From an uncultured Alphaproteobacteria bacterium (GTDB taxonomy: Bacteria; Pseudomonadota; Alphaproteobacteria; Methylaequorales; Methylaequoraceae), in NCBI GenBank assembly GCA_902536655.1, contig CACAYF010000002.1:8693-72692 (forward strand): 64,000 nt of DNA, read 5' to 3'. Positions within the stretch are counted from its first letter, which is position 1, and every line of letters begins with the position of its first letter. A program made the position numbers and the translations under genes. This document shows positions 25,366 to 36,335 of the stretch, in pieces. The notes under the pieces were generated by a model. The model ran no database searches and had not been told where the DNA came from. It saw nothing but the letters and a program-made list of their open reading frames with translations.

Positions 25366-25450
25366 GCGGGCGTGGCGGAATTGGTAGACGCGCTAGATTT
25401 AGGTTCTAGTGACTTATGTCGTGTGGGTTCAAGTCCCTCCGCCCGTACCA
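25366..25450 (+). tRNA. tRNA-Leu (anticodon TAG)
   Basis: Hand-folded cloverleaf: acceptor GCGGGCG/CGCCCGT (G1:U72), anticodon stem CTAGA/TCTAG with loop TT-TAG-GT, long variable arm, T-arm GGTTCAAGTCC, encoded CCA. Confidence 0.9.
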
Positions 25451-25457
25451 AAAAGTT

Positions 25458-26786
25458 ATGGATATTAAAGAATTAAAAAATACTGATAAGCTTTCAGTTG
25501 AGTGGTTAGTCACAATACCTTCTTCAAAAATTAATATTGAACTAGATAAAAAATATTTTGAATTAATGAATAAAGTAAACTTGCCTGGTTTCAGACCTGG
25601 AAAAGTTCCAAAAACTATAATAAAAAAAAGATTTGGACAGAATGTTGTTTCTGAGGTTTTAGATAAAATTATAAATGAAACTCTAACTAATGCTGTAAAA
25701 GAAAAAAAACTTAAACCATCTGTTCAACCAAAAGTCGAGATAAAAAAATATGAGGAGGGGAATGATCTTCAATTTAGTGCAAGTTTTCAATTAATGCCAG
25801 ATATTCCAGATTTTGATTTAAAAAAAATTATCGTTGAAAAATCAAAGTTAAAGATATCAGATGAAGATATTAATAACTCCCTTTCTCAGATTGCCGACAA
25901 ACATGAACGATTTACTCCTCTAAAAACAAAGAGAAAAACTAAAACTGGCGATTTGGTGTTATTTGATTACGACGGAAAAATAGACAAAAAAAAGTTCAAT
26001 GGAAGTTCCGGTAAAGACGAAACAGTTGTATTGGGATCAAATAAATACATCCCCGGTTACGAGGATCAAATGGTCAATTTAGGAATTGGAGAACACAAAA
26101 CTATTAAGGTTGTTTTCCCAGATGATTACAGAGAAAAAAAAATTGCAGGAAAAAAAGCTGAATTTTCCCTTAAAATTAAGGATATCCAGGAAAGAGTTAA
26201 AAAAATTGAAATTGATGATAAACTAGCTGAGGAGTTAGGAGAAAAAAATTTAGATGAATTAAAAAAAAAAATTGAAGAAAATATGAATAAAGATTTTGAA
26301 AATCTATCTCTTTTGAAAATGAGAAGAGAAGCTACTGAAAAAATTCTTAGAAATTTTGAATTTCAAATTCCTTCGAAAATGATCGATGAAGAATTTAATT
26401 TTTTAAAGTCTCAAGCTGAGAAAAAAGATCAAAAAGATTCTGAGATTAAAAAACTTGCAAACAGAAGAGTAAAATTGGGTTTAATAATAAATTCAGTTGC
26501 TGAAAAAAATGAAATAAAGATAACTGACTCTGACTTAACTCAAGCGGTTGTCAGTGAAGCAAGTAAGTACCCTGGACAGGAAAAACAAGTTGTTGAATTT
26601 TATAAAAACAATCCAAAACTTATGAATAACCTCAGAGGTGTTGCTTTGGAAGAAAAAGTTATGAAGTTCATCGTTAATAGTTGTGAAAAAAAAGAAAAGC
26701 ATTGTACTATTGATGAACTCTTTAAATCTGATTTCTTGCAGAATGAGAAGAAAATGATATCAAATAAAAAAAAGGAGAAAAAATAA
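25458..26786 (+). CDS. tig: trigger factor
   Basis: N-terminal ribosome-binding motif GFRPGKVP, central FKBP-like region, position upstream of clpP-clpX-lon. The ORF-track start 25416 lies inside the tRNA, so I use ATG 25458. Confidence 0.9.
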   Translation: MDIKELKNTDKLSVEWLVTIPSSKINIELDKKYFELMNKVNLPGFRPGKVPKTIIKKRFGQNVVSEVLDKIINETLTNAVKEKKLKPSVQPKVEIKKYEEGNDLQFSASFQLMPDIPDFDLKKIIVEKSKLKISDEDINNSLSQIADKHERFTPLKTKRKTKTGDLVLFDYDGKIDKKKFNGSSGKDETVVLGSNKYIPGYEDQMVNLGIGEHKTIKVVFPDDYREKKIAGKKAEFSLKIKDIQERVKKIEIDDKLAEELGEKNLDELKKKIEENMNKDFENLSLLKMRREATEKILRNFEFQIPSKMIDEEFNFLKSQAEKKDQKDSEIKKLANRRVKLGLIINSVAEKNEIKITDSDLTQAVVSEASKYPGQEKQVVEFYKNNPKLMNNLRGVALEEKVMKFIVNSCEKKEKHCTIDELFKSDFLQNEKKMISNKKKEKK

Positions 26787-27388
26787 TGAGTTCATTAATT
26801 CCAATGGTTGTTGAGCAAACAAATAGGGGAGAGAGGTCATATGATATTTTTTCCAGACTATTGAAAGAAAGAATAATTTTTCTTACAGGTGAGGTTAATG
26901 ATGCCGTATCAAGTGTTATTTGTGCTCAATTTCTTTTTCTAGAATCAGAAGATCCAAAGAAAGATATATTCTTGTATATTAACTCACCAGGTGGCGTTGT
27001 ATCCTCTGGCTTAGCAATATATGATACGATGCAGTATATAAGACCAGACGTATCTACTCTTTGTATAGGGCAAGCCGCTAGTATGGGTTCTCTTCTGTTA
27101 ACTGCTGGTACTAAAGGAAAAAGATATTGTTTACCCCATTCTAGAATTATGACACATCAACCTTCTGGAGGTGTTCAGGGTCAAGCATCTGATATTGAAA
27201 TTCATGCAAAAGAAATTGTAAATTTAAAAAAAAGTTTAAATAAAATTTATGAAATTCATACTGGCCAACAACTTGGTACGATTGAAAAGATGATGGATAG
27301 AGACAATTTTATGAATGCAGATGATGCAAAAAAGTTTGGAATTGTAGATAAAGTTGTGTCAGAGAGACCAGATTTAAAAAAAAAATAA
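26786..27388 (+). CDS. clpP: ATP-dependent Clp protease proteolytic subunit
   Basis: 200 aa. [18 protein letters not shown], active-site GQAASMGS (Ser), MTHQP (His). TAATG overlap with tig. Confidence 0.95.
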   Translation: MSSLIPMVVEQTNRGERSYDIFSRLLKERIIFLTGEVNDAVSSVICAQFLFLESEDPKKDIFLYINSPGGVVSSGLAIYDTMQYIRPDVSTLCIGQAASMGSLLLTAGTKGKRYCLPHSRIMTHQPSGGVQGQASDIEIHAKEIVNLKKSLNKIYEIHTGQQLGTIEKMMDRDNFMNADDAKKFGIVDKVVSERPDLKKK

Positions 27389-27449
27389 AAATTTAATTTT
27401 GGAATAAAGGTTGCAGTATTTAAAATATTTTATAATGATAGAGTAATTA

Positions 27450-28709
27450 ATGGTTGATTCAAAAAATAATAAAAACACATTGTTTTGTAGTTTTTGTGGT
27501 AAAAGTCAGCATGAAGTTAGAAAGCTGATTGCCGGTCCAACGGTTTTTATCTGTGATGAGTGCGTAGAATTGTGCATGGATATCATCAGAGAAGAAAATA
27601 AAGTTGTTACTTCACCAAAAACTGGTGACGTTGAGACCCCCAAAGAACTTTATAATTTGCTTAATGATTATGTTGTTGGTCAAGACGATGCAAAAAAGAT
27701 TCTTTCAGTCGCAGTTCATAATCATTACAAAAGAATCGACAACGCAACAATTAATTCAGACGTTGAACTTTCTAAATCAAATATTTTGCTGGTCGGTCCT
27801 ACAGGATCAGGTAAGACACTCGTAGCCCAAACACTCGCGAGAATAATTGATGTACCATTCACAATGGCTGATGCAACAACTCTAACTGAAGCTGGTTACG
27901 TTGGAGAGGATGTTGAAAATATAATTTTAAAGCTTCTTCAAGCTGCTGATTATAATGTTGAAAGAGCTCAAAGAGGCATTGTTTATATCGATGAAGTTGA
28001 TAAAATAAGCAGAAAGTCTGATAACCCCTCGATTACTAGAGATGTATCTGGAGAAGGAGTACAACAAGCATTACTTAAAATTATGGAAGGGACAGTCGCT
28101 TCTGTTCCGCCTCAGGGTGGAAGAAAACATCCTCAACAAGATTTTTTACAAGTTGATACTACAAATATTTTATTTATTTGTGGTGGAGCGTTTGCTGGTA
28201 TAGACAAAATTATTTCTAACAGAGGAGACAAATCAAGTATTGGTTTTGAAGCTGAAGTAAAAGATAAATCTGAAAAAGAAATTGGTCACATCCTAAAAAA
28301 GTTGGAAACTGAAGATTTATTAAAGTTTGGTCTGATTCCGGAATTTGTGGGAAGGCTTCCAGTTATTGCAACCCTAGATGATTTAAATGAAGAGAGTTTG
28401 GTTGAAATACTCACAAAACCTAAAAATGCGCTAATTAAACAGTATCAGAAACTATTTGCTTTTGAGAATGTTAAGTTAGTATTTACTGACGATGCTTTAA
28501 ACTTAATCGCAAAAAAAGCTATAGAAAGAACAACTGGTGCAAGAGGATTAAGGTCAATACTTGAAAATATATTATTAGACACCATGTATAATTTGCCTGG
28601 TGTTGAAGGTGTAAATGAGATTGTTGTAAATACCGAGGTAATAGAAAATAATTCAAAACCTCTATATATTTATGACAAGTCTAATAAAGTAATTAACAAA
28701 AAAGCTTAA
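27450..28709 (+). CDS. clpX: ATP-dependent Clp protease ATP-binding subunit ClpX
   Basis: N-terminal zinc finger CSFCGK...CDEC, Walker A GPTGSGKT, Walker B YIDEVDK. Confidence 0.95.
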   Translation: MVDSKNNKNTLFCSFCGKSQHEVRKLIAGPTVFICDECVELCMDIIREENKVVTSPKTGDVETPKELYNLLNDYVVGQDDAKKILSVAVHNHYKRIDNATINSDVELSKSNILLVGPTGSGKTLVAQTLARIIDVPFTMADATTLTEAGYVGEDVENIILKLLQAADYNVERAQRGIVYIDEVDKISRKSDNPSITRDVSGEGVQQALLKIMEGTVASVPPQGGRKHPQQDFLQVDTTNILFICGGAFAGIDKIISNRGDKSSIGFEAEVKDKSEKEIGHILKKLETEDLLKFGLIPEFVGRLPVIATLDDLNEESLVEILTKPKNALIKQYQKLFAFENVKLVFTDDALNLIAKKAIERTTGARGLRSILENILLDTMYNLPGVEGVNEIVVNTEVIENNSKPLYIYDKSNKVINKKA

Positions 28710-31108
28710 TGACCAATTATAAAGATCCTTTTTGCGTACTCCCACTAAGAGATATTGTTGTGTTCCCGAACATGATAGTTCCACTTTTTGTTGGAAGAAA
28801 AAAATCTATAAAGGCTTTGGATTATGCCGAAAAGTATGAAAAAGAAATCTTTTTAGTTGCTCAAAAAGATGCAAACACAGATGAACCTCTCTCGGAAGAT
28901 ATCTATACCCATGGTACTTTAGCTACTATTTTACAGCTGTTAAGACTTCCAGACGGTACAGTTAAAGTTTTAGTGGAAGGAATTGAAAGAGCTAAAATAT
29001 CACATTTTTCAGACAACAAAGAATTTCTTGAATCCTACCTGGATCCTATAAACATACCAAACGATTTCAATGATAAAGAACTTAATGCTTTATCCAGAAC
29101 TGCAATCAATCAATTCGAGAACTACGTTAAGCTAAACAGAAAAGTACCTCCTGAAATTTTAGTTACACTTAATCAGATTACTGATCTCAATAAACTTGCT
29201 GATACAATGGGAGCCCATTTAAATAACAAATTATCTGAAAAGCAAGCGCTTCTCGAAACAATTTCAATTAAAGATAGACTAACAAAAATAATTGAATTCA
29301 TGGATGATGAAATTGGTGTTCTTCAAGTCGAAAAGAAAATCAGGGGTCGTGTAAAAAGGCAGATGGACAAGACACAGAAGGAATACTACCTTAATGAGCA
29401 ACTGAAAGCTATACAGAAAGAACTGGGAGAATCAAATGATAGTAAAGATGAAATATCAGAGATTGAAGAAAAATTAAAAAAAATCAACTTGTCTGAAGAA
29501 GCTAAAGATAAAGTCAAATCAGAAATTAAAAAGTTAAAAAGCATGGGTCCTATGTCAGCAGAAGCCACTGTTGTTCGAAATTATCTAGATTGGATAATTT
29601 CTTTGCCTTGGAATACTAACATTGAAACTGATATTAATCTTAATAAAGCCTTAAAAATTTTAGACAAAGATCACTATGGTCTTAAAAAAGTTAAGGATAG
29701 AATTATAGAATATCTAGCTGTCCAATCTAGAGTTAATAAACCAAGAGGTCCGATTTTATGTTTAGTAGGTCCACCGGGAGTTGGAAAAACATCTTTAGGC
29801 AAATCAATGGCCAGAGCTTTGGGAAGACCGTTTCTTAAAGTTTCGTTAGGAGGTATAAGAGATGAATCAGAAATTAGGGGGCATAGAAGAACCTACATTG
29901 GTTCAATGCCTGGTAAAATTATTCAAAGCTTGAAAAAATCCAAGTATTCAAACCCTCTGTTTCTTCTAGATGAAGTCGATAAAATCGGGGCTGATTGGCG
30001 CGGTGACCCAGCATCTGCATTATTAGAAGTTCTTGATCCAGAGCAAAACAAGAATTTTAACGACCACTATCTTGAAGTTGACTTCGACTTGTCCAATGTA
30101 ATGTTCGTAACTACCGCTAATACTTTGAATATACCTCAACCACTTGTTGATAGAATGGAAATAATAAGAATATCTGGTTACACTGAAAACGAAAAAATGA
30201 ATATTGCTTCAAGATACTTATTACCAAAACAGTTAAACGAAAATGGTATTAAAGGAAAAGAAATTAAAATTTCTGATTCAGCTATTGAAAGTATTATAAG
30301 ATATTTTACAAGAGAATCAGGAGTGAGGTCTTTAGAAAGAGAGTTATCAAAAATAATAAGAAAAGGTCTAAAGACCATTATAATGAACAATAAGAGAGTA
30401 ATTTCAGTATCTAAAAACAATATAGATAAATTTTTAGGGGTCAAAAAATTCAAGCATGGTGAAATCGAAAATAAACATCTAGTTGGCGTTTGTACGGGAC
30501 TTGCCTGGACAGAAGTTGGTGGAGAATTATTGCAAGTTGAAGCAGTTATAATGCCTGGTAAAGGCAAGGCAATATACACTGGAAAGCTTGGAGACGTGAT
30601 GAAAGAATCCGTACAAGCAGCCCAAAGCTATGTCCATTCAAATGCAACAAAATTCGGAATCTCTCCTAACCTTTTTGAAAAACACGATATTCACGTTCAT
30701 GTTCCTGAAGGTGCCACTCCAAAAGATGGCCCATCAGCAGGAATTGCAATGTTTACAACAATCATTTCTGCATTTACCGGAATCCCAGTTAAAAATAATA
30801 TTGCAATGACTGGTGAAATAACGCTAAGAGGACGAGTGCTCCCAATAGGAGGCCTTAAAGAAAAACTTCTTGCAGCAGTTAGGGGCGGAATAAAGGAAGT
30901 TTTAATTCCTAAAGAAAATAAGAAAGATCTTGCTGAAATTGATGAAAAAGAAATATTAAATAACATTGAAATTCACTTTGTTGATAGTGCGAATGAAATA
31001 TTAAAAAAAGCATTCACATCAAAAATCCTTCCTTACAAACCCTCAAAAAATAAGATTGAATTACCAGAAAAATCTTTAAATCCCAAGGAAAATACTTTAA
31101 GACATTAA
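28709..31108 (+). CDS. lon: Lon protease (LonA)
   Basis: 799 aa. Walker A GPPGVGKTS, Walker B LLDEVDK, protease Ser in PKDGPSAGIAM. TAATG overlap with clpX. Confidence 0.95.
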   Translation: MTNYKDPFCVLPLRDIVVFPNMIVPLFVGRKKSIKALDYAEKYEKEIFLVAQKDANTDEPLSEDIYTHGTLATILQLLRLPDGTVKVLVEGIERAKISHFSDNKEFLESYLDPINIPNDFNDKELNALSRTAINQFENYVKLNRKVPPEILVTLNQITDLNKLADTMGAHLNNKLSEKQALLETISIKDRLTKIIEFMDDEIGVLQVEKKIRGRVKRQMDKTQKEYYLNEQLKAIQKELGESNDSKDEISEIEEKLKKINLSEEAKDKVKSEIKKLKSMGPMSAEATVVRNYLDWIISLPWNTNIETDINLNKALKILDKDHYGLKKVKDRIIEYLAVQSRVNKPRGPILCLVGPPGVGKTSLGKSMARALGRPFLKVSLGGIRDESEIRGHRRTYIGSMPGKIIQSLKKSKYSNPLFLLDEVDKIGADWRGDPASALLEVLDPEQNKNFNDHYLEVDFDLSNVMFVTTANTLNIPQPLVDRMEIIRISGYTENEKMNIASRYLLPKQLNENGIKGKEIKISDSAIESIIRYFTRESGVRSLERELSKIIRKGLKTIIMNNKRVISVSKNNIDKFLGVKKFKHGEIENKHLVGVCTGLAWTEVGGELLQVEAVIMPGKGKAIYTGKLGDVMKESVQAAQSYVHSNATKFGISPNLFEKHDIHVHVPEGATPKDGPSAGIAMFTTIISAFTGIPVKNNIAMTGEITLRGRVLPIGGLKEKLLAAVRGGIKEVLIPKENKKDLAEIDEKEILNNIEIHFVDSANEILKKAFTSKILPYKPSKNKIELPEKSLNPKENTLRH

Positions 31109-31151
31109 AAAATGTGTTTGACTAGGTATAAAGTTTAGTTAGAATTGATTC

Positions 31152-31173
31152 AAGCATTAAAATTAATGCTTTT
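31152..31173 (+). terminator. hairpin downstream of lon
   Basis: AAGCATTA-aaat-TAATGCTT (8-bp stem) running into TTTT, 44 nt after the lon stop. An AT-rich, weak stem. Confidence 0.3.
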
Positions 31174-31197
31174 ATAAATTTTAAAAGGGGGTCTAGC

Positions 31198-31470
31198 GTG
31201 AATAAAAACGATCTAGTTAACAAAGTTTCAGACCATACTGGTTTAAGTAAAACTGATAGCGCAAAAGCTGTGGATGCTGTCTTTGATACAATTACATCTG
31301 AATTGAAGGGTGGCGGAGATATCAGACTTGTAGGTTTTGGTACTTTTTTGGTGTCAAAAAGAAAAGCAACTACTGGAAGAAATCCACAAACCGGAGCTTC
31401 TATCAATATTCCGGCTGCTAATGTTCCAAAATTTAGACCTGGAAAAAGTTTAAAAGAATCACTCAACTAA
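31198..31470 (+). CDS. hupB: DNA-binding protein HU
   Basis: 90 aa, GTG start. MNKNDLV..V......S...A..AVDAVF..I...L..G..I.L.GFGTF....R.AR.GRNPQTG..I.I.A...P.F..GK.LK. Confidence 0.9.
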   Translation: MNKNDLVNKVSDHTGLSKTDSAKAVDAVFDTITSELKGGGDIRLVGFGTFLVSKRKATTGRNPQTGASINIPAANVPKFRPGKSLKESLN

Positions 31471-31475
31471 CAATA

Positions 31476-31506
31476 AAATCACATCTTAATTTATGAGATG
31501 TGATTT
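31476..31506. terminator. bidirectional terminator hairpin between convergent hupB and UDG genes
   Basis: AAATCACATCT-taatttatg-AGATGTGATTT: perfect 11-bp stem, 9-nt loop, flanked by A/T runs on both sides. The 3' arm overlaps the UDG stop codon. Confidence 0.6.
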
Positions 31507-32167
31507 AACATTTATTTACAGTTTTTAAGACCTCGATCATCTTCATCTCATTGATTCTGCCTGTGTTTACATTTCTTGGGCTGGGATGATAACAAGCCAA
31601 TATTTTAAGTTCTTTGTTTATGGTATATTCTGCGCCATGGATAAATTTATAAATCGAAGATTTAATGTTAAAAAGCTTTAAACAACTGTCGAAAGCAATT
31701 TTACCTAATGCTAAGATAATTTTTGCATTTCCCAAATATGAAATTTCTTCACTTAAATAAATAAAACATGTCTTTAACTCTTCAGCATTCGGCTTATCTT
31801 GAGGAGGTACGCATTTTAGCGCAGGAGTCATATACACATTTTTTAGAATTAGTCCGTCATTTGAATGTATTGAGTAAGGTTGATTACATAGTTTCGCTTG
31901 ATAAAGACACTTAAATAAAAAATCAGCGGACTTATCACCTGTAAAAACCCTTCCAGTTCTGTTGCCACCGTGAGCTGCTGGAGCAAGACCAACAATAATA
32001 ATATTTGCATTAGGATCTCCAAATCCTATTACAGGTTTACCCCAGTAATTATCATTCATAAACCGTTTAGTTTTTGTACGTGCCACACTTTTTCTGAAAT
32101 TTACTAATCTTCGGCATTTTACGCATTTGATAATTCTTTTATTTAGTGAATTTAATGATTTACACAT
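31505..32167 (-). CDS. uracil-DNA glycosylase superfamily protein (family 4/5 type)
   Basis: 220 aa. N-terminal C..C Fe-S ligands, GLAPAAHGGNRTGRVFTGD motif, C-terminal YHPSPRN. Confidence 0.75.
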   Translation of the reverse strand: MCKSLNSLNKRIIKCVKCRRLVNFRKSVARTKTKRFMNDNYWGKPVIGFGDPNANIIIVGLAPAAHGGNRTGRVFTGDKSADFLFKCLYQAKLCNQPYSIHSNDGLILKNVYMTPALKCVPPQDKPNAEELKTCFIYLSEEISYLGNAKIILALGKIAFDSCLKLFNIKSSIYKFIHGAEYTINKELKILACYHPSPRNVNTGRINEMKMIEVLKTVNKC

Positions 32168-32266
32168 GATTGATTTCTTAATTTTTAATTTTAATTATAA
32201 TTAAATCAGTATTAAAAATTAATTGTTTTAAATTTTATTAAAATAATTTATAAACATACTGATTAT

Positions 32267-32342
32267 GGGCGGTTAGCTCAGCTGGGAGAGCGCCACGTTT
32301 ACACCGTGGATGTCGGGAGTTCGATCCTCTCACCGCCCACCA
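32267..32342 (+). tRNA. tRNA-Val (anticodon TAC)
   Basis: Acceptor GGGCGGT/ACCGCCC, D-arm AGCTCAGCTGGGAGAGC, anticodon stem CCACG/CGTGG with loop TT-TAC-AC, T-arm GGGAGTTCGATCCTC, encoded CCA. Confidence 0.9.
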
Positions 32343-32346
32343 GTCT

Positions 32347-32423
32347 GGGGGTGTAGTTCAGTTGGTTAGAACGCCTGCCTGTCACGCAGGAGGCCGCGGG
32401 TTCGAGTCCCGTCACTCCCGCCA
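32347..32423 (+). tRNA. tRNA-Asp (anticodon GTC)
   Basis: Acceptor GGGGGTG/CACTCCC, anticodon stem CCTGC/GCAGG with loop CT-GTC-AC, T-arm GCGGGTTCGAGTCCCGT, encoded CCA. Lies 4 nt after tRNA-Val. Confidence 0.9.
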
Positions 32424-32489
32424 CCCATATAACGTCCTGTTTAAAAAAATTTATTTAATGATTTATTTTAAAAATGTATAATCTATTAA

Positions 32490-33641
32490 ATGTTAAAAAC
32501 TAAATTTTTTATACATGTATTCTTGTTTTTGTTGATAACTATTAATGATATTTGTTCTCAAGAGGTTGTTGACTCCGAAGATGAAGATAAGACTGACTTT
32601 GCTTCGCCTGGAATCATTGAAGCTGATAAAGGTGAAGATAATATATGCGAGACTTCCCCGCATTCAGAACTTCTAAATTTATTAAATGTAAAATTAAAGA
32701 AGTTCAATCCAATTCCTGAAGATAGAAGAGGGGGTGAAGTAAGAGGTGGAGGAAATCAACTTACAGCAGAAGAAATAACAACTAATTCCATTAGATTTTA
32801 TGCAGAACAGTTAAAAGATGTAAAACCCGTAAAGATAAGGATTGAAACTTTCACTTCACTTGGCAAAGGACCTCTAACCTCATTGATAGATAGATCATCA
32901 AAAGTTTTTTTAAAACACCCTACAGAATGTAAGTTTTTTTCTCTTTATGGAGATCAGATCATAGGTTCTTATGCAATGACATTTGATAATATTTTAAGGT
33001 TATATGCCAATGCTGTTAATAAAGATAATCAAATTGCACAAGATTTTATTAGAACTCAATTAGTTCCTGCTCCAATGTCTCTGGATGAAGCAATTAGATC
33101 ATTATATGACGACTACGGGTATCAACAGAACATTATTGAATCTTTATTACCAGAGGATGTTAAAAACTTATTTTTTGGTGAAAATTCACTTGTAAGCATA
33201 GCTGACGTAGCAGAATCAAAATTACTTGCTTTTTCATTGTTGGGGGGGAAAATTGATAAATTTCAAAATTATGAAATTTTTATTGTGGCCCCAAAATCAA
33301 AGAAAGGTTTGCTAGGGAGTAATGAGACAATTGTAATATCAGGAAGTGGACGAATTTATGAGGTTCCTTTACTAAACATTCCTTTAGCCCTCAATGTTAT
33401 GAGATCATTAGGATTTAACGCAAAAATAGTATTAATTACTCATCTTCACATTAGTAACGATTCATTTTGTCGAGTAGGTGACGGTGGTTCTTGGTATCAC
33501 TATAAAGGAAAAATAAAGAAAGCTGGTTGTGATTTTCTGTCGAATGCAATAATGTCATTAAGACAAAAAACACTTACACTTAGCGATGATTATGGAACAT
33601 ATAAATATAGTATTGATAGAGTTAATGAAATTTTAAAATAA
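32490..33641 (+). CDS. hypothetical exported protein (383 aa)
   Basis: Signal-like N-terminus MLKTKFFIHVFLFLLITINDICS, then an acidic low-complexity linker and a Gly/Arg patch (RRGGEVRGGGN). No recognisable domain. Confidence 0.6.
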   Translation: MLKTKFFIHVFLFLLITINDICSQEVVDSEDEDKTDFASPGIIEADKGEDNICETSPHSELLNLLNVKLKKFNPIPEDRRGGEVRGGGNQLTAEEITTNSIRFYAEQLKDVKPVKIRIETFTSLGKGPLTSLIDRSSKVFLKHPTECKFFSLYGDQIIGSYAMTFDNILRLYANAVNKDNQIAQDFIRTQLVPAPMSLDEAIRSLYDDYGYQQNIIESLLPEDVKNLFFGENSLVSIADVAESKLLAFSLLGGKIDKFQNYEIFIVAPKSKKGLLGSNETIVISGSGRIYEVPLLNIPLALNVMRSLGFNAKIVLITHLHISNDSFCRVGDGGSWYHYKGKIKKAGCDFLSNAIMSLRQKTLTLSDDYGTYKYSIDRVNEILK

Positions 33642-33684
33642 TTAACTGTGAAAACTTTTTATTATTATTATATTATTAAAAAGT

Positions 33685-34044
33685 ATGATTATGACAGAAT
33701 ATTTACCTATTTTAGTGTTTTTAATTCTTGCCTTTGGGATTTCCATTGGTGCAATATTTTCGTCTCTAGTTGTTGGCGAGAAAAACGCATATGCTGATAA
33801 AAACTCAACATACGAATGCGGTTTTGATCCATTTGATGACTCAAGAAGCCGTTTTGAAGTTAAGTTTTATCTTGTTGCCATTTTATTTATTATTTTTGAC
33901 TTAGAAATAATTTTTCTCTTTCCTTGGGCAATCGCTTTCAAAGAGTTGGGATTATTTGGTTACACTTCAATGATGTTTTTCCTTTTGGTTTTAACCATAG
34001 GATTTGTCTATGAATGGATGGAAGGAGCATTAGATTGGAATTAA
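33685..34044 (+). CDS. nuoA: NADH-quinone oxidoreductase subunit A
   Basis: 119 aa, 3 TM segments. YECGFDPF....R..F...[14 protein letters not shown]. Confidence 0.9.
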   Translation: MIMTEYLPILVFLILAFGISIGAIFSSLVVGEKNAYADKNSTYECGFDPFDDSRSRFEVKFYLVAILFIIFDLEIIFLFPWAIAFKELGLFGYTSMMFFLLVLTIGFVYEWMEGALDWN

Positions 34045-34550
34045 AAAAAGTTAACGCCAATAATTTTGATGAGTTGAGTAACCAAGTCAGTTCCAACGGC
34101 TTCCTAATCACTAAAGTCAAGGATCTCGTAAATTGGGCAAGATCTGGCTCTTTATGGCCTATGAGCTTTGGGTTAGCTTGCTGCGCTGTTGAAATGATGC
34201 AGTCAGCTGCTAGTAGGTATGATTTTGATAGATTTGGTATTGTTTTTAGACCCAGCCCTAGACAATCTGATGTTATGATTGTTGCTGGAACACTTACAAA
34301 TAAAATGGCTCCAGCTCTAAGAAAGGTTTATGATCAAATGCCTGAACCAAGGTGGGTCATTTCAATGGGTAGCTGCGCAAATGGTGGAGGCTATTATCAC
34401 TACTCATACTCTGTAGTTAGAGGTTGCGATAAAATCGTTCCTGTGGATATTTATGTTCCAGGGTGTCCTCCAACCGCCGAAGCTTTACTTTACGGAATAT
34501 TGCAATTACAAAAGAAAATAATGCGAGATAATAAGATTATTAGAGTATGA
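34014..34550 (+). CDS. nuoB: NADH-quinone oxidoreductase subunit B
   Basis: [20 protein letters not shown] and VPGCPP (cluster N2 cysteines). Start is uncertain: ATG 34014 (31-nt overlap with nuoA) or TTG 34035, preceded by GGAAGGAG at 7-nt spacing. Confidence 0.9.
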   Translation: MDGRSIRLELKKVNANNFDELSNQVSSNGFLITKVKDLVNWARSGSLWPMSFGLACCAVEMMQSAASRYDFDRFGIVFRPSPRQSDVMIVAGTLTNKMAPALRKVYDQMPEPRWVISMGSCANGGGYYHYSYSVVRGCDKIVPVDIYVPGCPPTAEALLYGILQLQKKIMRDNKIIRV

Positions 34551-35170
34551 AGAATCTAAATGAAAAATATATAAAGGAAATTTATCAATTAATTAAAAGC
34601 CTTTTAACATTTTGTAAATATGAACTCACAATAAATAAGGGAGAAATAAATCTAAGTTGTTCAGTTAAGGATTTAACAAAAGTTCTCTTATTTCTTAAAG
34701 ATAACCCATCCTTGGGTATGGAATGTCTCACAGATATCGCTGCTGTTGATTTTCCCGAAAGATCAATTAGATTTATGGTCGTTTATAGTTTGTTAAGTGT
34801 TTCGAAGAACTTTCGTTTGAAGGTAAAAGTTAATGTATCAGAGGACGCTGCTTTACCCTCTATTAACGAGATTTACTCTTGTGCTGATTGGTGTGAGAGA
34901 GAAATATGGGATTTATTTGGTATCAGGTTTAAGGATCACCCAGATCTTAGAAGATTATTAACAGATTACGATTTTCAAGGTCATCCATTACGAAAGGATT
35001 TTCCTTTAACTGGTTTTACTCAAGTAAAATATGACAATGAACTTAGCAGAATAGTCTCAGAACCTGTTAAGCTAGATCAAGCTTACAGAAATTTTGATAA
35101 CCTAAGTCCATGGGAAGGAATGGGAAAATACCTTCCTGGAGACGAGAAATCCGATCATAAAAATGACTAA
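34547..35170 (+). CDS. nuoC: NADH-quinone oxidoreductase subunit C
   Basis: 207 aa. [37 protein letters not shown]. Confidence 0.9.
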   Translation: MKNLNEKYIKEIYQLIKSLLTFCKYELTINKGEINLSCSVKDLTKVLLFLKDNPSLGMECLTDIAAVDFPERSIRFMVVYSLLSVSKNFRLKVKVNVSEDAALPSINEIYSCADWCEREIWDLFGIRFKDHPDLRRLLTDYDFQGHPLRKDFPLTGFTQVKYDNELSRIVSEPVKLDQAYRNFDNLSPWEGMGKYLPGDEKSDHKND

Positions 35171-36335
35171 GAGAGAGAATTATTCACTTAATTTTGGACC
35201 TCAGCATCCAGCTGCTCATGGCGTGCTTCGTTTGGTTTTAGAGCTCGATGGGGAGGTTGTGGAAAGAGCTGATCCCCATATTGGACTCTTACATAGAGGA
35301 ACAGAAAAGCTGATAGAAAACAAAACCTACATCCAAGCCTTGCCATACTTTGATAGACTTGATTATGTTTCACCAATGTGTCAGGAACATGCTTACGCTT
35401 TAGCTATTGAAAAACTTTTAGATATAGAAGTTCCACTTAGAGGACAATTCATACGAGTAATTTTTTCTGAAGTTACCAGAATTCTTAATCATATCTTAAA
35501 TTTAACAACATTTGCATTAGATGTTGGAGCAATGACACCATTTTTATGGTTATTTGAAGAAAGAGAAGTAATGATGGAGTTTTATGAGAGAGTTTCTGGC
35601 TCAAGACTACATTCTGCTTACTTTCGTCCAGGAGGTGTCCACAGAGATTTACCTGATGGTCTAGTCGATGATATTGAGAGCTTTTGTGATAGATTTCCAA
35701 AAAAAATTGATGATCTAGAAAAATTATTGGAAACAAACAGAATTTTTAGACAAAGGAGTGTTGATATTGGAAAAATAAATAAGGAGGAAGCTCTAAATAA
35801 AGGTTTTTCCGGACCTTGCCTTAGAGCTTCTGGCGTTGAATGGGATTTAAGAAGAAATCAGCCATACGATTATTATTCTGAATTAGATTTTAAGATACCT
35901 GTGGGCACCAACGGTGACTGTTTTGAGAGATTTCTAGTAAGAATTGAAGAAATGAGACAGTCAATAATTATAATTAAACAATGTATAAAAAAACTTCCAA
36001 ATGGCCCTTCGATTTCTGACGACCCAAGAATAGTCCCTCCAAAAAGAAACCAAATGAAATCTTCAATGGAATCTTTGATTAACCACTTTAAGCTATTTAC
36101 TGAAGGGTTTCATGTTCCTAAAGGCGAAACTTACACTTGTGTCGAGGCCCCAAAAGGCGAATTTGGTGTTTATCTAATTTCTGATGGTACCAACAAACCG
36201 TATAGGTGCAAAATAAGAGCTCCAGGCTTTGCTTTCCTTCAAGCCACAGAGTTTTTATCTAAAGGCCACATGTTATCTGATCTTGTTGCAATTATTGGAA
36301 GCCTTGATATCGTTTTTGGAGAAATTGACAGATGA
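35163..36335 (+). CDS. nuoD: NADH-quinone oxidoreductase subunit D
   Basis: [28 protein letters not shown]-terminal [10 protein letters not shown]. Confidence 0.95.
   Translation: MTKRENYSLNFGPQHPAAHGVLRLVLELDGEVVERADPHIGLLHRGTEKLIENKTYIQALPYFDRLDYVSPMCQEHAYALAIEKLLDIEVPLRGQFIRVIFSEVTRILNHILNLTTFALDVGAMTPFLWLFEEREVMMEFYERVSGSRLHSAYFRPGGVHRDLPDGLVDDIESFCDRFPKKIDDLEKLLETNRIFRQRSVDIGKINKEEALNKGFSGPCLRASGVEWDLRRNQPYDYYSELDFKIPVGTNGDCFERFLVRIEEMRQSIIIIKQCIKKLPNGPSISDDPRIVPPKRNQMKSSMESLINHFKLFTEGFHVPKGETYTCVEAPKGEFGVYLISDGTNKPYRCKIRAPGFAFLQATEFLSKGHMLSDLVAIIGSLDIVFGEIDR

Noticed and set aside
25416-25457. ORF-track N-terminal extension of tig (MSCGFKSLRPYQKV)
   Set aside because: These codons lie inside the tRNA-Leu gene. 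The conserved trigger-factor sequence starts at ATG 25458.
29386-31466. Antisense ORFs inside lon (29386-29568, 30178-30579, 30697-30966) and opposite hupB (31122-31466)
   Set aside because: They are the mirror frames of highly conserved genes. The 114-aa ORF opposite hupB exactly shadows the HU coding region.
32170-32201. TTGATT ... TATAAT promoter-like pair upstream of tRNA-Val
   Set aside because: The spacer is 20 nt, against an optimum of about 17. In DNA this AT-rich, such hexamers occur by chance everywhere, so I did not call promoters anywhere in the window.
32424-33684. Possible integrative island at the tRNA-Asp 3' flank
   Set aside because: There is no integrase or recombinase, no direct repeat of the tRNA 3' end near 33640-33690, and only a single gene. 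I kept it only as a low-key cargo hypothesis.
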